The position numbers and the translations under genes were made by a program. Of a DNA stretch of 64,000 bases, positions 10,101 through 18,059 are shown one piece after another. The notes below the pieces were generated by a model, which saw only the letters and a list, made by a program, of their open reading frames with translations, was not told the DNA's origin and made no database searches. This DNA is from a bacterium (GTDB taxonomy: Bacteria; RUG730): NCBI GenBank assembly GCA_031551405.1, contig JAVBNQ010000003.1, forward strand, positions 1 through 64,000, read 5' to 3'. The first letter of the stretch is position 1. Each line of letters starts with the position of its first letter.

Positions 10101-12764
10101 TTTTGTTAAAATTGCAGCAGCGGTGACTATTCCTCCCTCGTCTTCTATGGAAGCCATTTTTTTCAAAATAGCAGCAGCTAAGTTTTGCCCTGCGTCTGAA
10201 CTTGTCATTTTCATCAAAATTTCAGCGGCTCGTGCGGTTCCCTCCGTATCAGCTATTACAATCAAAATTTTAGCAGCCAGTTCGATTTCGTTTTTAGTAA
10301 TTTTTGTTTCGTCTGTGTTTTGTAGATTTTCAAGAAAGTCTAAATCAGACAAATTTTTTCCGGTATTCACTAATATTTTTAAAAAAGGAAATATGTCTTC
10401 TTTTTTTATAGATTTGAAATAGCTTAATAGTTCTTTTGAGGATGTGTTATGCTTTTGAGGGCCTGGTGTTCGCATATATTCAACAGTTCGTCTATGCGCT
10501 TCATCTTGATCTACTCCGGTATTTAGCAACTCAAGTTCGTGCAGTTCATGCAAAAATATAGAAAACAAAATATTAGATCGCAATTTAGTCTTAAAAAAAA
10601 CATAGCTTACAAAATAATTCAACAAACCATCAGAAGAAGGTAAGTTGTAAAGGAGTTTGAGCATAGAAGAGCTTATTACAATTTGATAATGTCCCGGTTT
10701 GTCAGTATCTGGACGCGTAAAAACATAAGGATCTTGACTGTCACTAATAACAAAAGTGAATTGTTCAGCTCTAAAAGCAGTCTCACTTCGATGTTTTAAT
10801 ACTTGTTTCAAAATTGTCGGAAAACTTTTTTGTAAAAAATTTCTTTGGTCTTTAGGAATAGATTCAATATTTAGCAATGTTACTTCGGAAGGTTCTTTTC
10901 CGAAAAGGGCTACGGCTCCAGTAGCTAACGCAGTTAATGCGGTAGTTGGATTTGCTGCTGCAACTGAAGTTTTTACTAAAACTCCACAGCCTGTCAAAGT
11001 TTGAGAAACTGTATTTTGTTTTCCTGCGGTAGTTAAAGTAAGTTCTCGTCCATATATAATAACTTTAACATTTCCATCAGCTTCCTTAACAATCGTCAAT
11101 TTTTCATCGCCTATTTCTCCTAACTTTTTTATATTTTTCATCAATTCGATGAATTCGTCTCGTCCCATCTCGAATTGCAATTTCTCAGCGTTCGCCAGCA
11201 CTTCCTCACCGACTATTCCGGTCGTAAACGCATTGATTAGCATCAAGCTTTCTCGCCCGGTTTCAATTTCCCCTTCTACTTTTCCGCCTTCTTTCCTCAG
11301 CCAATTCATTTGTTTCTCGACTCGCTTCAAATACAAATCTTTATCATAATTTCCGTTAGAGACGGGAGTGATCAGTTTGTAGCTAATTCCTCTGCTCTTC
11401 ATTAGCTTTGTGATCCCTTCAGCGTGATAGCCTCCAACAATCGCTATTTTTACGTTGGATTTTTTCTCCTTCAGTAAATTTTTCATCATCTCTTCATTTC
11501 TCTTTTCCGCTCCATCATAAAATTTGTTCATATTTTCTTCTGCTTGTTCTAACTTTTCTCTCATTTCTTCAAAATAATTTTTGTAAAGAACTCGATTGCT
11601 CAATTCATCCAAATTTTGATATATTTCTTTTCGATTACCTCGCCATTCTTCTGCTTCGTAACTGGAAACCGAATTGCTCAAGTATTTTTCGAGTAGTTTC
11701 ATATTAATCTCGCTTTCCATCACAAGGAGTGCGTCTTTTTGATCCGCCAACATTTTTCTCTTGATCAATCTGGTAAGTTGTCTCATCTCCTCGTACATCT
11801 TGACATAATCCAGTGTCTCATTGAGATCCAAATATCTGAAATATTCCTCCAAATTTTTATAATCATCCAGAATTATATTTTGCTCATTAATAAACTTTTT
11901 TAAGTTAATATAAAATTTCTCATCTTTTATTTCCAATGTTTCGAGCTTTTTCCTCTCAAGTTTTTTTGACAAATTTTTTAAAATTAATTTTGCCTCATAG
12001 CTAGTTAAAGTGAGATTTAATTTTTTTTCTAGTTCGTTAATTTGTAGTTTTGTGTTAATATTTACAAAATCGTTCATACCAATTTCGTTACGGTTTGCCG
12101 TTGTCTTCAAATATCTCAAATAATCTTTTATTCCTATTTTCGCTCTAGAAAATTTGGTTTCTTCAACTTCGAATGCTTTTAATTCCTCTGAAAAAACGTA
12201 TTTTTTTAATCTCGCGATTTTATTCTCGAAATAAGTGATTTTTTCACTTACGTCAGCTTTGAGTTTTAGCGACGTGTACAATCTCTCAAAATTTTCTAAA
12301 TACGTATTTTTTTCTTCGAGACCAAGAAGTTTTATATTGTTTTGGTTTTCAATTTTGAACAATTCTCCACCTGACAAATATCCTTTTTCAGTTAGATCAT
12401 CAATCAAAAACTGTTTTGCTTTTTTGTTTTTGATATTTTCCAAAATTTTTGTATTTATTTCTCCGTCGTAACTTCCTTCAAGTCCAATAACTTTAAGTTT
12501 GTTTTTGTAATTTTTTTGAGTTTCTGTTATTATTTTTGCAATATTTTTTTGAGTCGCAGCGTCGCAATGCAAGTCTTTGATTAATATGACTTCTCCATCT
12601 TGTGTTCCGCGATATTCTTCGAGGATTTTTCCTACATTTCCAGGTAAGACTATTTCACTCATAGAAATGACTGGATTTGTCACAGCATAGCTGTATTGAC
12701 TGAACAGACCACAAATAAATGTAACCAATAAGATAATCGTTATTTTTTTCATTATTTTTTTCAT
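4164..12764 (-). CDS. Giant modular exported/membrane protein (2866 aa), function unknown
   Basis: 8.6-kb ORF with Sec-type signal peptide (MKK...SYA), N-terminal domain paralogous to 18060..19925, internal repeats and TM hairpins, C-terminal region paralogous to the end of 19937..23902; GAGG RBS upstream. Confidence 0.9.
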   Translation of the reverse strand: MKKIMKKITIILLVTFICGLFSQYSYAVTNPVISMSEIVLPGNVGKILEEYRGTQDGEVILIKDLHCDAATQKNIAKIITETQKNYKNKLKVIGLEGSYDGEINTKILENIKNKKAKQFLIDDLTEKGYLSGGELFKIENQNNIKLLGLEEKNTYLENFERLYTSLKLKADVSEKITYFENKIARLKKYVFSEELKAFEVEETKFSRAKIGIKDYLRYLKTTANRNEIGMNDFVNINTKLQINELEKKLNLTLTSYEAKLILKNLSKKLERKKLETLEIKDEKFYINLKKFINEQNIILDDYKNLEEYFRYLDLNETLDYVKMYEEMRQLTRLIKRKMLADQKDALLVMESEINMKLLEKYLSNSVSSYEAEEWRGNRKEIYQNLDELSNRVLYKNYFEEMREKLEQAEENMNKFYDGAEKRNEEMMKNLLKEKKSNVKIAIVGGYHAEGITKLMKSRGISYKLITPVSNGNYDKDLYLKRVEKQMNWLRKEGGKVEGEIETGRESLMLINAFTTGIVGEEVLANAEKLQFEMGRDEFIELMKNIKKLGEIGDEKLTIVKEADGNVKVIIYGRELTLTTAGKQNTVSQTLTGCGVLVKTSVAAANPTTALTALATGAVALFGKEPSEVTLLNIESIPKDQRNFLQKSFPTILKQVLKHRSETAFRAEQFTFVISDSQDPYVFTRPDTDKPGHYQIVISSSMLKLLYNLPSSDGLLNYFVSYVFFKTKLRSNILFSIFLHELHELELLNTGVDQDEAHRRTVEYMRTPGPQKHNTSSKELLSYFKSIKKEDIFPFLKILVNTGKNLSDLDFLENLQNTDETKITKNEIELAAKILIVIADTEGTARAAEILMKMTSSDAGQNLAAAILKKMASIEDEGGIVTAAAILTKMTDSVQTKVVKILALGFSLKQGSKILAEMGSEQAAIILAEMTLSKPAHAAAMIEKISLAKLDKAVAILAKMALTKPVQAAAILETIADSKQGLIQAAAILGTMADSKQGIAQAAAILGTMAGSKRGIVQAAAILGTMADSVQGLEKAVNILTKIAISDRGLIQTTAILASMASSDQWLVQAANILIKMTDSDPELTQTLQILTLMTDNIKYGRDRAAKLLAKMALSGQGLAQATIIVTKMAELDPSRAADLLVRISLSQDTQAIATTIFEKILKNQDKKIKEIGIAILQSLPKVEYSEKLVNSISKPKLLSILLSLITISLIAAVVIFFVGLFTPGLNLLFILTSVITMAIGIATIILIVRQDNFLLFRSLWKKSLEIKNITVLQYLSIEIKKTLGFIMSFINYVSSLLLALRNKIKKSRDTNESDEAVDTDQDSSTFADSDPAIAADILVEMATSKPADAAAILKGMSGQNVSRATAILVKMADSGASKSAADILVEISVLAPALAVAILKEMSDYQTRDHAADILVEMATSERGLAKATTILAKLADSDPARAVAILETIQFIIVDDNDIMDDSDRILVHASKFLVKMTYSESDGAAVILKEMAISKPDLVAKIVAKMAAASPEQTATIITKIALSNQDLVTVMLTDIDLATKILPIMSHSETTQPIISKIFEKNLKSTNKKIRKQWNKILENLPKNGYTKAFVSRISKPKLVPIMLLISAICFVGAVAILSLGLLAPGFNLFFILTLLTIIVSGILIIKLIKHPANLLFFKLFKKNWQLKNIEMPIATELIGPVDVQTPGIVEETSELRLGNIDSLSLAEKKFLKRSLPAVLKQVLKHQSEHKIGGTVFKAEQFSFAISDSTDHSIFTRLDPEKPGHYQIVMSPSMLKLLYNLPSALPTFFTYFLSNSFTYRWLPNSIYYYLSGLRSNFLFPILLYELHKFELINTGINQEQAHSLTIEYMRMNPATSPEILIQEISNYLVYIKKEDVSQFLQMLINIGLNLSALKFLENLQKKDKTKITENELELAAKILLVIDSSEGIQQSVETLRKMTDSETGLDLAAAILTKISGSQRGLLRATAIWTEMYVSKPTQAAAVLGKMADLKPDKAAAILTKITGSQPHIAIMILQDMIVSEQSLAQAAAILAKMAGSDPGLTVKILTTMSQSENTQAIAHTIFEKILKNNDPKIRKKGLAILQNLPNNEYTKALINSISKPKLVPIISLIIATCLVAAVVIFFVGLLTPGLNVFFILTSIPAIIIIILLIKLNLHQDVFLLLALWKKSWALRNITAVPEAGFKKMKLPTIEISFLTRVKQIFELIIKIFTHPATFLFLALGLVLLIFFAGLIIPMLSPGLSSLFIVTSLSMISFVVSTLKKFIYNAMEIIINFITAPVRFIMGGLFIPSLNLIFLLKTLTLIAGIVFIISKIKPKLIPDGIKQKLNLVISTLQFILSPASFLFKKATSWKNKEKAFSTGAQGAVDRVNKIYVDRMGKIAGKLDTTSLEQFWKQRKQTQIPETTIQTTSVRGIIEDAATNAGFSQVIFEGRKRVSVIRTEENTLIMTRGFVNNLEKIYEIWRHKYGERLAIEKITAIIKEMISHEVVEQNLINANLDPEEAHKRALEVSGDLQKLFFKENGVFDLLDELMSVKVTNRIELEKMMEKVKKLGQLLEIDEKQILEKFGLEEIAEEYSIIPTVKTYIIELDKFPGKNLKEIMQKVNAEFGIFGIFGKLKPNVAIILRGDLSYIGAEEVKYLNSLRLNGNLVDSSISWVGGKSTLAALETNEFLQRLAQLDLLKAGVVTPYGKLVIGNYSLEVLKTLSPDLKALIIGLNERLKNLEFAKIKEFLDEVTRLEKEGEKISEEDQAKLAKQLEIQEETTAVSAIYEAKDEELGMLVETTMNLKDDVFVESNVKFRDKVVLDIATKTDALSQAKRIILVTKVMTKHFGNRALKTVEAMLGRQKERERERMEMKGLAATAAAA
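9681..9870 (-). repeat. 51-bp (17-codon) intragenic tandem repeat, about 3.5-4 copies
   Basis: Unit ATTGTTCCCAAAATTGCAGC recurs at 9691, 9742, 9793 and, with one change, 9844; encodes QAAAILGTMADSKQGIA-like units. Confidence 0.92.
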
Positions 12765-12923
12765 TTTACCAACCTCAACTCATAATTTAACTTTGGCTAA
12801 TTTTAAACCTGTTTCAAATTTTTGTAAAACGAGTTTATGGCGAATTTTTTGTGAAGAAGTTGTGAAGTTTTCGTTTGTTTTTTTTTAAGTATGTGTATTT
12901 TATATAGAAACCTAGAGATAAAT

Positions 12924-14966
12924 ATGACAAAAATAAGAGTTATTTTGGGCGTAATTTTTTCGATTCCGCTTGATACGGTTTTTTTTTATAGTGCGACGGA
13001 TGATGAGGTGGAAAATGTTGCAATCGGTAAGAGAGTGGAAGTCGAGTTTGGAAGACGAAAAGTTGTCGGATTTATTTGTAAAATTGATTATGAAACGCAA
13101 AAATATGACCTTGAGAAAACTAAGCCAATCTTAAAAATTATCGACGAAAAAACACTTCTAACTGATGATTTGTTTGAGCTGGCGAATCAAATGGCAAAGT
13201 ATTATTGCTGCAGTCTAGGTGAAGCTCTCTGGGCTATTTCTCCAAAAGCGCTTGCTCCAAAACGTTTTGTCGTCAGAAATTATTTGCAAGAAAATATAAT
13301 GTCCGACGATTTCTTGCTTCCAAATGAAGAACAGAAAACTGCGATTGATGCAATACAAAATTCGATTTTAAATAAAAAAAATGATGTTTTTTTGCTCGAT
13401 GGAGTTGCCGGCAGCGGGAAAACCGAAGTTTACATGCATTGCATAAAAACCGCGCTTTCTCATGGGAAAGATTCTATTTTTTTGGTTCCGGAAATTTCGC
13501 TTACTCCTCAAACGCTTTTTAGGTTAAAGGCAAGATTTGGGGATTTGGTCGAGGTTTTTCATAGTCAAATGACTGAAACTCACAAATTTCTGATTTGGCA
13601 AAAAATTTTGCGAGGCGAAATCAAGATTTTGTTGGGACCAAGATCGAGCATTTTTGCGCCTTTCAAAAACTTAGGACTTATCGTGATAGACGAGGAACAT
13701 GACGATTCGTACAAACAAGAACAAAAACCGAGCTATGATGCGAGAAAAGTCGCAGAATTTCGTGCTAAAAAAAATAAGGCGGTTGTGATTTTAGGAAGCG
13801 CTACTCCGAGCATTGAAACTTTTTACAGAAAAGAACAAAATGAGATAAAATACTTGAAATTGAGCCGGAAAATTTCGTATTTTACGCCTGAGATTGAAAC
13901 TGATAGTCGTAGAAACGAAATCACGATTATCGATATGAAACAGGAGTTTTTGCGTAAAAATTTTAGCATTATTTCGAATTTTCTCAAGGCCAAAATTACT
14001 GAAAAGCTAGAGAAAAAAGAACAAGTTTTGCTTTTTTTGAATCGGAGAGGTGAGTCGACTTTTGTGTCTTGCCGGAAATGCGGTTTTGTGTTTAAATGCT
14101 CGAATTGCGACGTATCTTTGGTTTATCACGGCGACAAAGATAAATTAATTTGTCATTATTGTGGTTTTACTCGAGAAAATGCAAAAATTTGCCCGAAATG
14201 CAATAGTCCGTATATAAAATATTTCGGCGTTGCGATACAAAAAGTTGAAAGCGAAATAAAAAAACTTTTTCCGAATGCAAATGTCGCGCGTCTTGATCGC
14301 GATATTTCCGAAAAGACAGGTAAAATTTTTGAAATTTACAGCGATTTTAAGACACAAAAAATCGATATTTTGATAGGTACCCAAATAATTGCGAAAGGTT
14401 TGGATTTTGAAAATTTAGGACTCGTTGGTGTTATATCGAGTGACACTACTTTAAATCTTTCTGATTTTCGAGCGAATGAGAGGACTTTTAGTTTGCTTAC
14501 ACAACTGATTGGACGCGCCGGACGACGAAGCAAGCGAGGACAAGCCGTAATACAAACGTATTATCCTGAGCATTATGCGATTTTGGACGCAGCAAAACAG
14601 AATTATTTAGATTTTTATACGAGAGAACTCGAATGGCGAAAGGAACTTTTGTATCCGCCGTTTTCGAGTTTGGTATTGATCGTTTTACGAGGAAAAGACG
14701 ACGAAATAACAAAAAACGGAGCCTTGGAAATTTTTGAGAATTTAAAGCAGATTCAAGATGATAACATTGAATTTTTAGGACCATATCAGCCTGATATTGT
14801 CAAAAAGTACAATAATTTTCGCTGGCAAATACTAGTTAAGATTTTTAGTTTTTGCAAAAATGAAAAAATAAGTTATAATAACCGAATTTTTGAAATTGTA
14901 AAAAATTATAAACCTAAAAAGGCTACTAAGATTTCAATAACTATTGATCCCGTAAATATGAACTGA
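12924..14966 (+). CDS. priA: Primosomal protein N' (PriA helicase)
   Basis: GVAGSGKTEVY, LVPEISLTPQ, IDEEHD.SYKQ, GSATPS, four CxxC pairs, GTQIIAKGLDF, GRAGR; start could be 12891 or 12924. Confidence 0.96.
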   Translation: MTKIRVILGVIFSIPLDTVFFYSATDDEVENVAIGKRVEVEFGRRKVVGFICKIDYETQKYDLEKTKPILKIIDEKTLLTDDLFELANQMAKYYCCSLGEALWAISPKALAPKRFVVRNYLQENIMSDDFLLPNEEQKTAIDAIQNSILNKKNDVFLLDGVAGSGKTEVYMHCIKTALSHGKDSIFLVPEISLTPQTLFRLKARFGDLVEVFHSQMTETHKFLIWQKILRGEIKILLGPRSSIFAPFKNLGLIVIDEEHDDSYKQEQKPSYDARKVAEFRAKKNKAVVILGSATPSIETFYRKEQNEIKYLKLSRKISYFTPEIETDSRRNEITIIDMKQEFLRKNFSIISNFLKAKITEKLEKKEQVLLFLNRRGESTFVSCRKCGFVFKCSNCDVSLVYHGDKDKLICHYCGFTRENAKICPKCNSPYIKYFGVAIQKVESEIKKLFPNANVARLDRDISEKTGKIFEIYSDFKTQKIDILIGTQIIAKGLDFENLGLVGVISSDTTLNLSDFRANERTFSLLTQLIGRAGRRSKRGQAVIQTYYPEHYAILDAAKQNYLDFYTRELEWRKELLYPPFSSLVLIVLRGKDDEITKNGALEIFENLKQIQDDNIEFLGPYQPDIVKKYNNFRWQILVKIFSFCKNEKISYNNRIFEIVKNYKPKKATKISITIDPVNMN

Positions 14967-15051
14967 GATGTTATGAAAGTTTTAAATAGACTATAAAATA
15001 GCCACTGTTTTACAAAAAAATTAATGCACTAGCTATAAAATGGAGCTCCAA

Positions 15052-16344
15052 ATGAAAAAAAACTTAAAAGACAAAAAACCTGAAACAATTTTAATACACG
15101 CAGGTTACGATATCGACGAAAAAACTTACTCCGTGGCTGTCCCGATTTATCAAACCACGTCGTATCATTTTGAGAATAGCGAACATGCTGCAGGTCTGTT
15201 CTCTCTAGACAAGACAGGCAATATTTACACTCGAATGATGAATCCGACAACTGACGTTCTAGAGAAAAGAATCGCGGCTCTTGACGGTGGTATTGGCGCT
15301 GTAGCAACAGCTAGCGGGCAGAGCGCAATAATGCTTGCGATTTTGAATCTCGCGTCGACAGGCGATGAGATCGTAGCAGCCAATAATCTTTACGGCGGGA
15401 CATTTAATTTACTCAAACACACTTTTGCGAAATTTGGCATAAAAATAAAATTTGTGGATCCGAGCGATTTGCCGCAGATTCAAAAAAATATCACGTCTAA
15501 GACAAAAGCGATTTACGCTGAATCCATCGGAAATCCGAACTTGCAAGTCGCGGATTTTGACGCGCTATCCAAAATTGCTCACAAAAATAAAATTCCTCTC
15601 ATTATTGATAATACTTTTTCGCCATATATTTTGAAGCCTTTTGATTATGGTGCTGATATTATCGTATATTCTGCGACGAAATTTATCGGCGGGCACGGAA
15701 ATTCCATTGCCGGACTCGTGGTTGATTCCGGAAAATTCGACTGGAAAAACAAAAAATTCGCAACAATTTCTGCTCCGGATCCGAGTTACCACGGTTTAGA
15801 TTTCGTGAAAAATTTTGGAAATATGGCTTATATCTTGAAACTAAGGACGAATTTACTGAGGGACACCGGAGCTTGTTTGTCGCCATTTAATGCATTTTTG
15901 ATGTTGCAGGGCCTCGAGACTTTGCATTTACGGATGGAGCGTCACTGTGAGAATGCTTTGAAGATCGCGAAATATTTGAAGCAAAACCCTAAAATTGCGT
16001 GGGTCAATTACCCAGGACTTGGGAAAAACGAGACTGCGAAAAAATATCTGAAAAACGGTTTTGGCTCGATGTTGGGATTTGGTATAAAGGGCGGCAAAAC
16101 CGCCGGTAAAAAATTTATTGATTCGCTAAATTTGATCTCGCACGTGGCAAATGTTGGCGATACGAAAACTTTGGCGATCCATCCTGCGAGCACGACTCAT
16201 CAGCAATTGACGGAAAAAGAGCAGATTGCAGGCGGAATCAGTCCGGATTATATTCGGTTGTCTATCGGAATTGAAAATGTTGACGATATTATTGATGACT
16301 TGGGTGTTGCGATTTCTCGAGCTACAAAAAATATAAAAATTTAA
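15052..16344 (+). CDS. metY: O-acetylhomoserine/O-acetylserine sulfhydrylase
   Basis: [27 protein letters not shown] (PLP lysine), [27 protein letters not shown] before ATG 15052. Confidence 0.92.
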   Translation: MKKNLKDKKPETILIHAGYDIDEKTYSVAVPIYQTTSYHFENSEHAAGLFSLDKTGNIYTRMMNPTTDVLEKRIAALDGGIGAVATASGQSAIMLAILNLASTGDEIVAANNLYGGTFNLLKHTFAKFGIKIKFVDPSDLPQIQKNITSKTKAIYAESIGNPNLQVADFDALSKIAHKNKIPLIIDNTFSPYILKPFDYGADIIVYSATKFIGGHGNSIAGLVVDSGKFDWKNKKFATISAPDPSYHGLDFVKNFGNMAYILKLRTNLLRDTGACLSPFNAFLMLQGLETLHLRMERHCENALKIAKYLKQNPKIAWVNYPGLGKNETAKKYLKNGFGSMLGFGIKGGKTAGKKFIDSLNLISHVANVGDTKTLAIHPASTTHQQLTEKEQIAGGISPDYIRLSIGIENVDDIIDDLGVAISRATKNIKI

Positions 16345-16430
16345 GACAAACTTTTTATAACAGCTTTATTTCCAATTGATTAAAAATATGCTGAAAAATT
16401 TACAAGATTTTTTTGAAAATAGGAGTCAAG

Positions 16431-17774
16431 ATGTTTAAAAAAATATTGATTGCGAATCGAGGCGAAATTGCAGTAAGAATTATTCGAGCTTGCAAAGAAA
16501 TGGGCATAAAAACAGTGGCTGTTTATTCCGAAGCAGACAAAACCAGCAAACACGTAGAACTAGCAGACGAGAAATTTTGCATTGGTCCGGTGCAATCAGC
16601 CGACAGCTATTTAAACATTCCGAATATTATAAGCGTAGCGGAATTATCTAGCTCGGATGCGATTCACCCGGGCTACGGATTTTTATCGGAAAACGTACAT
16701 TTTGTGGAGATTTGCGAGACTTGCGGCATCACTTTCATAGGCCCGAAAAAAGAAGCGATTTTGAATATGGGCGACAAAGCCAAAGCTCGAGAGACAATGA
16801 TAAAAAACGGTGTTCCGGTCGTCCCTGGAAGCGACGGAATTATTAACAAAAGCGCGAATATGGCGAGCATAGCAAAAAAAATTGGCTATCCTGTTATAAT
16901 CAAAGCTGCTGCCGGTGGCGGCGGAAAAGGAATGCGAGTTGTTTGGAAGCAGGAAGATTTGGAGCAAGCTGCGATGGCGGCCATGATGGAAGCAAAAGTT
17001 TCTTTTGGGAATGACAGCATTTATATGGAAAAATATATTGAGCAGCCAAAACATATCGAATTTCAAATTGTTGCCGATAATTACGGCAAAACGATTTATT
17101 TGCCGGAGAGAGATTGTTCAATTCAACGACGACATCAAAAATTAATCGAGGAATCGACGTCTACGGCTGTAAACGAAAAATTGCGAAAAAGAATGGGGCA
17201 AGCCGCCTGCAAAGCCGCAAAAGCTGTGAAATACAGCACCGTCGGTACAATTGAGTTTTTGCTCGACAAAAATGGAAATTTTTATTTTATGGAAATGAAC
17301 ACACGAATTCAGGTCGAGCATCCGGTTTCGGAATTGGTCACCGGAATTGACCTGATAAAAGAGCAGATTAAACTTGCTTTTGGCGAGAAACTCAAGATTG
17401 ATCAAGAAAAAGTGCAAGTAAGAGGACACGCGATAGAATGCAGAATTAATGCTGAGGATCCAGAGAAAGATTTTATGCCGTGCGCCGGAAAAATCGAGAA
17501 TATTTCGTTTCCCGGTGGGCCTGGAGTTCGGATTGACACGCATGTTTATTCCGGATACACGATTCCGCCGTATTATGACTCGATGATTTTGAAGCTTTTG
17601 GCAACTGGCGTCGATAGAAGCGAAGCGATTGCTCGTATGAAACGCGCGCTAGACGAGCTGAAAATCGACGGAATTAAAACAACAAAAGAATTTCATAGAA
17701 AAGTGATGGATAATGAAAAATTTAAAAAAGGCGAAATTTATACGAATTTTATAGAGACTGAATATACGAAATAG
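16431..17774 (+). CDS. accC: Biotin carboxylase
   Basis: KILIANRGEIAVR, HPGYGFLSEN, GGGGKGMR, RDCSIQRRHQK, FMEMNTRIQVEHPV; AGGAG RBS. Confidence 0.96.
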   Translation: MFKKILIANRGEIAVRIIRACKEMGIKTVAVYSEADKTSKHVELADEKFCIGPVQSADSYLNIPNIISVAELSSSDAIHPGYGFLSENVHFVEICETCGITFIGPKKEAILNMGDKAKARETMIKNGVPVVPGSDGIINKSANMASIAKKIGYPVIIKAAAGGGGKGMRVVWKQEDLEQAAMAAMMEAKVSFGNDSIYMEKYIEQPKHIEFQIVADNYGKTIYLPERDCSIQRRHQKLIEESTSTAVNEKLRKRMGQAACKAAKAVKYSTVGTIEFLLDKNGNFYFMEMNTRIQVEHPVSELVTGIDLIKEQIKLAFGEKLKIDQEKVQVRGHAIECRINAEDPEKDFMPCAGKIENISFPGGPGVRIDTHVYSGYTIPPYYDSMILKLLATGVDRSEAIARMKRALDELKIDGIKTTKEFHRKVMDNEKFKKGEIYTNFIETEYTK

Positions 17775-17888
17775 AAATTTTGTCGCGATAGAGAACAGCA
17801 GTAGCTAAAAGATTTTTTGGTTGCCCGCAAATTTACAGCACGAAAAAAAATCATTACTGTTCAAAAAACTATTTTAAACTTTAAACAA

Positions 17889-17926
17889 AGCTCTAGTTTT
17901 TTAAAAAAGACTAGGGCTATTTTTTT
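17889..17926 (+). terminator. Probable intrinsic terminator after accC
   Basis: Stem AGCTCTAGT...ACTAGGGCT followed by ATTTTTTT. Confidence 0.65.
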
Positions 17927-18059
17927 GTCTAAAAAATTCGTAAGAAATTCGTTTTATTTTTATTCTACAAAAAATTAAAATTGTGTGAATAAGAATCAAT
18001 AATAATACAGAATTTAAATAGAATTTAGGATTCGTTTTTCTTAAAAAAAGGAGTGAAAT

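Noticed and set aside
9721..10422. 233-aa + strand ORF (also 5653..6291, 7657..8184 and others) inside the giant gene
   Set aside because: Antisense shadows of repetitive Ala/Ile/Leu-rich coding sequence; no RBS or recognisable motifs.
14967..15051. SAM riboswitch or T-box upstream of metY
   Set aside because: Only about 85 nt of AT-rich sequence with no recognisable aptamer or T-box consensus.
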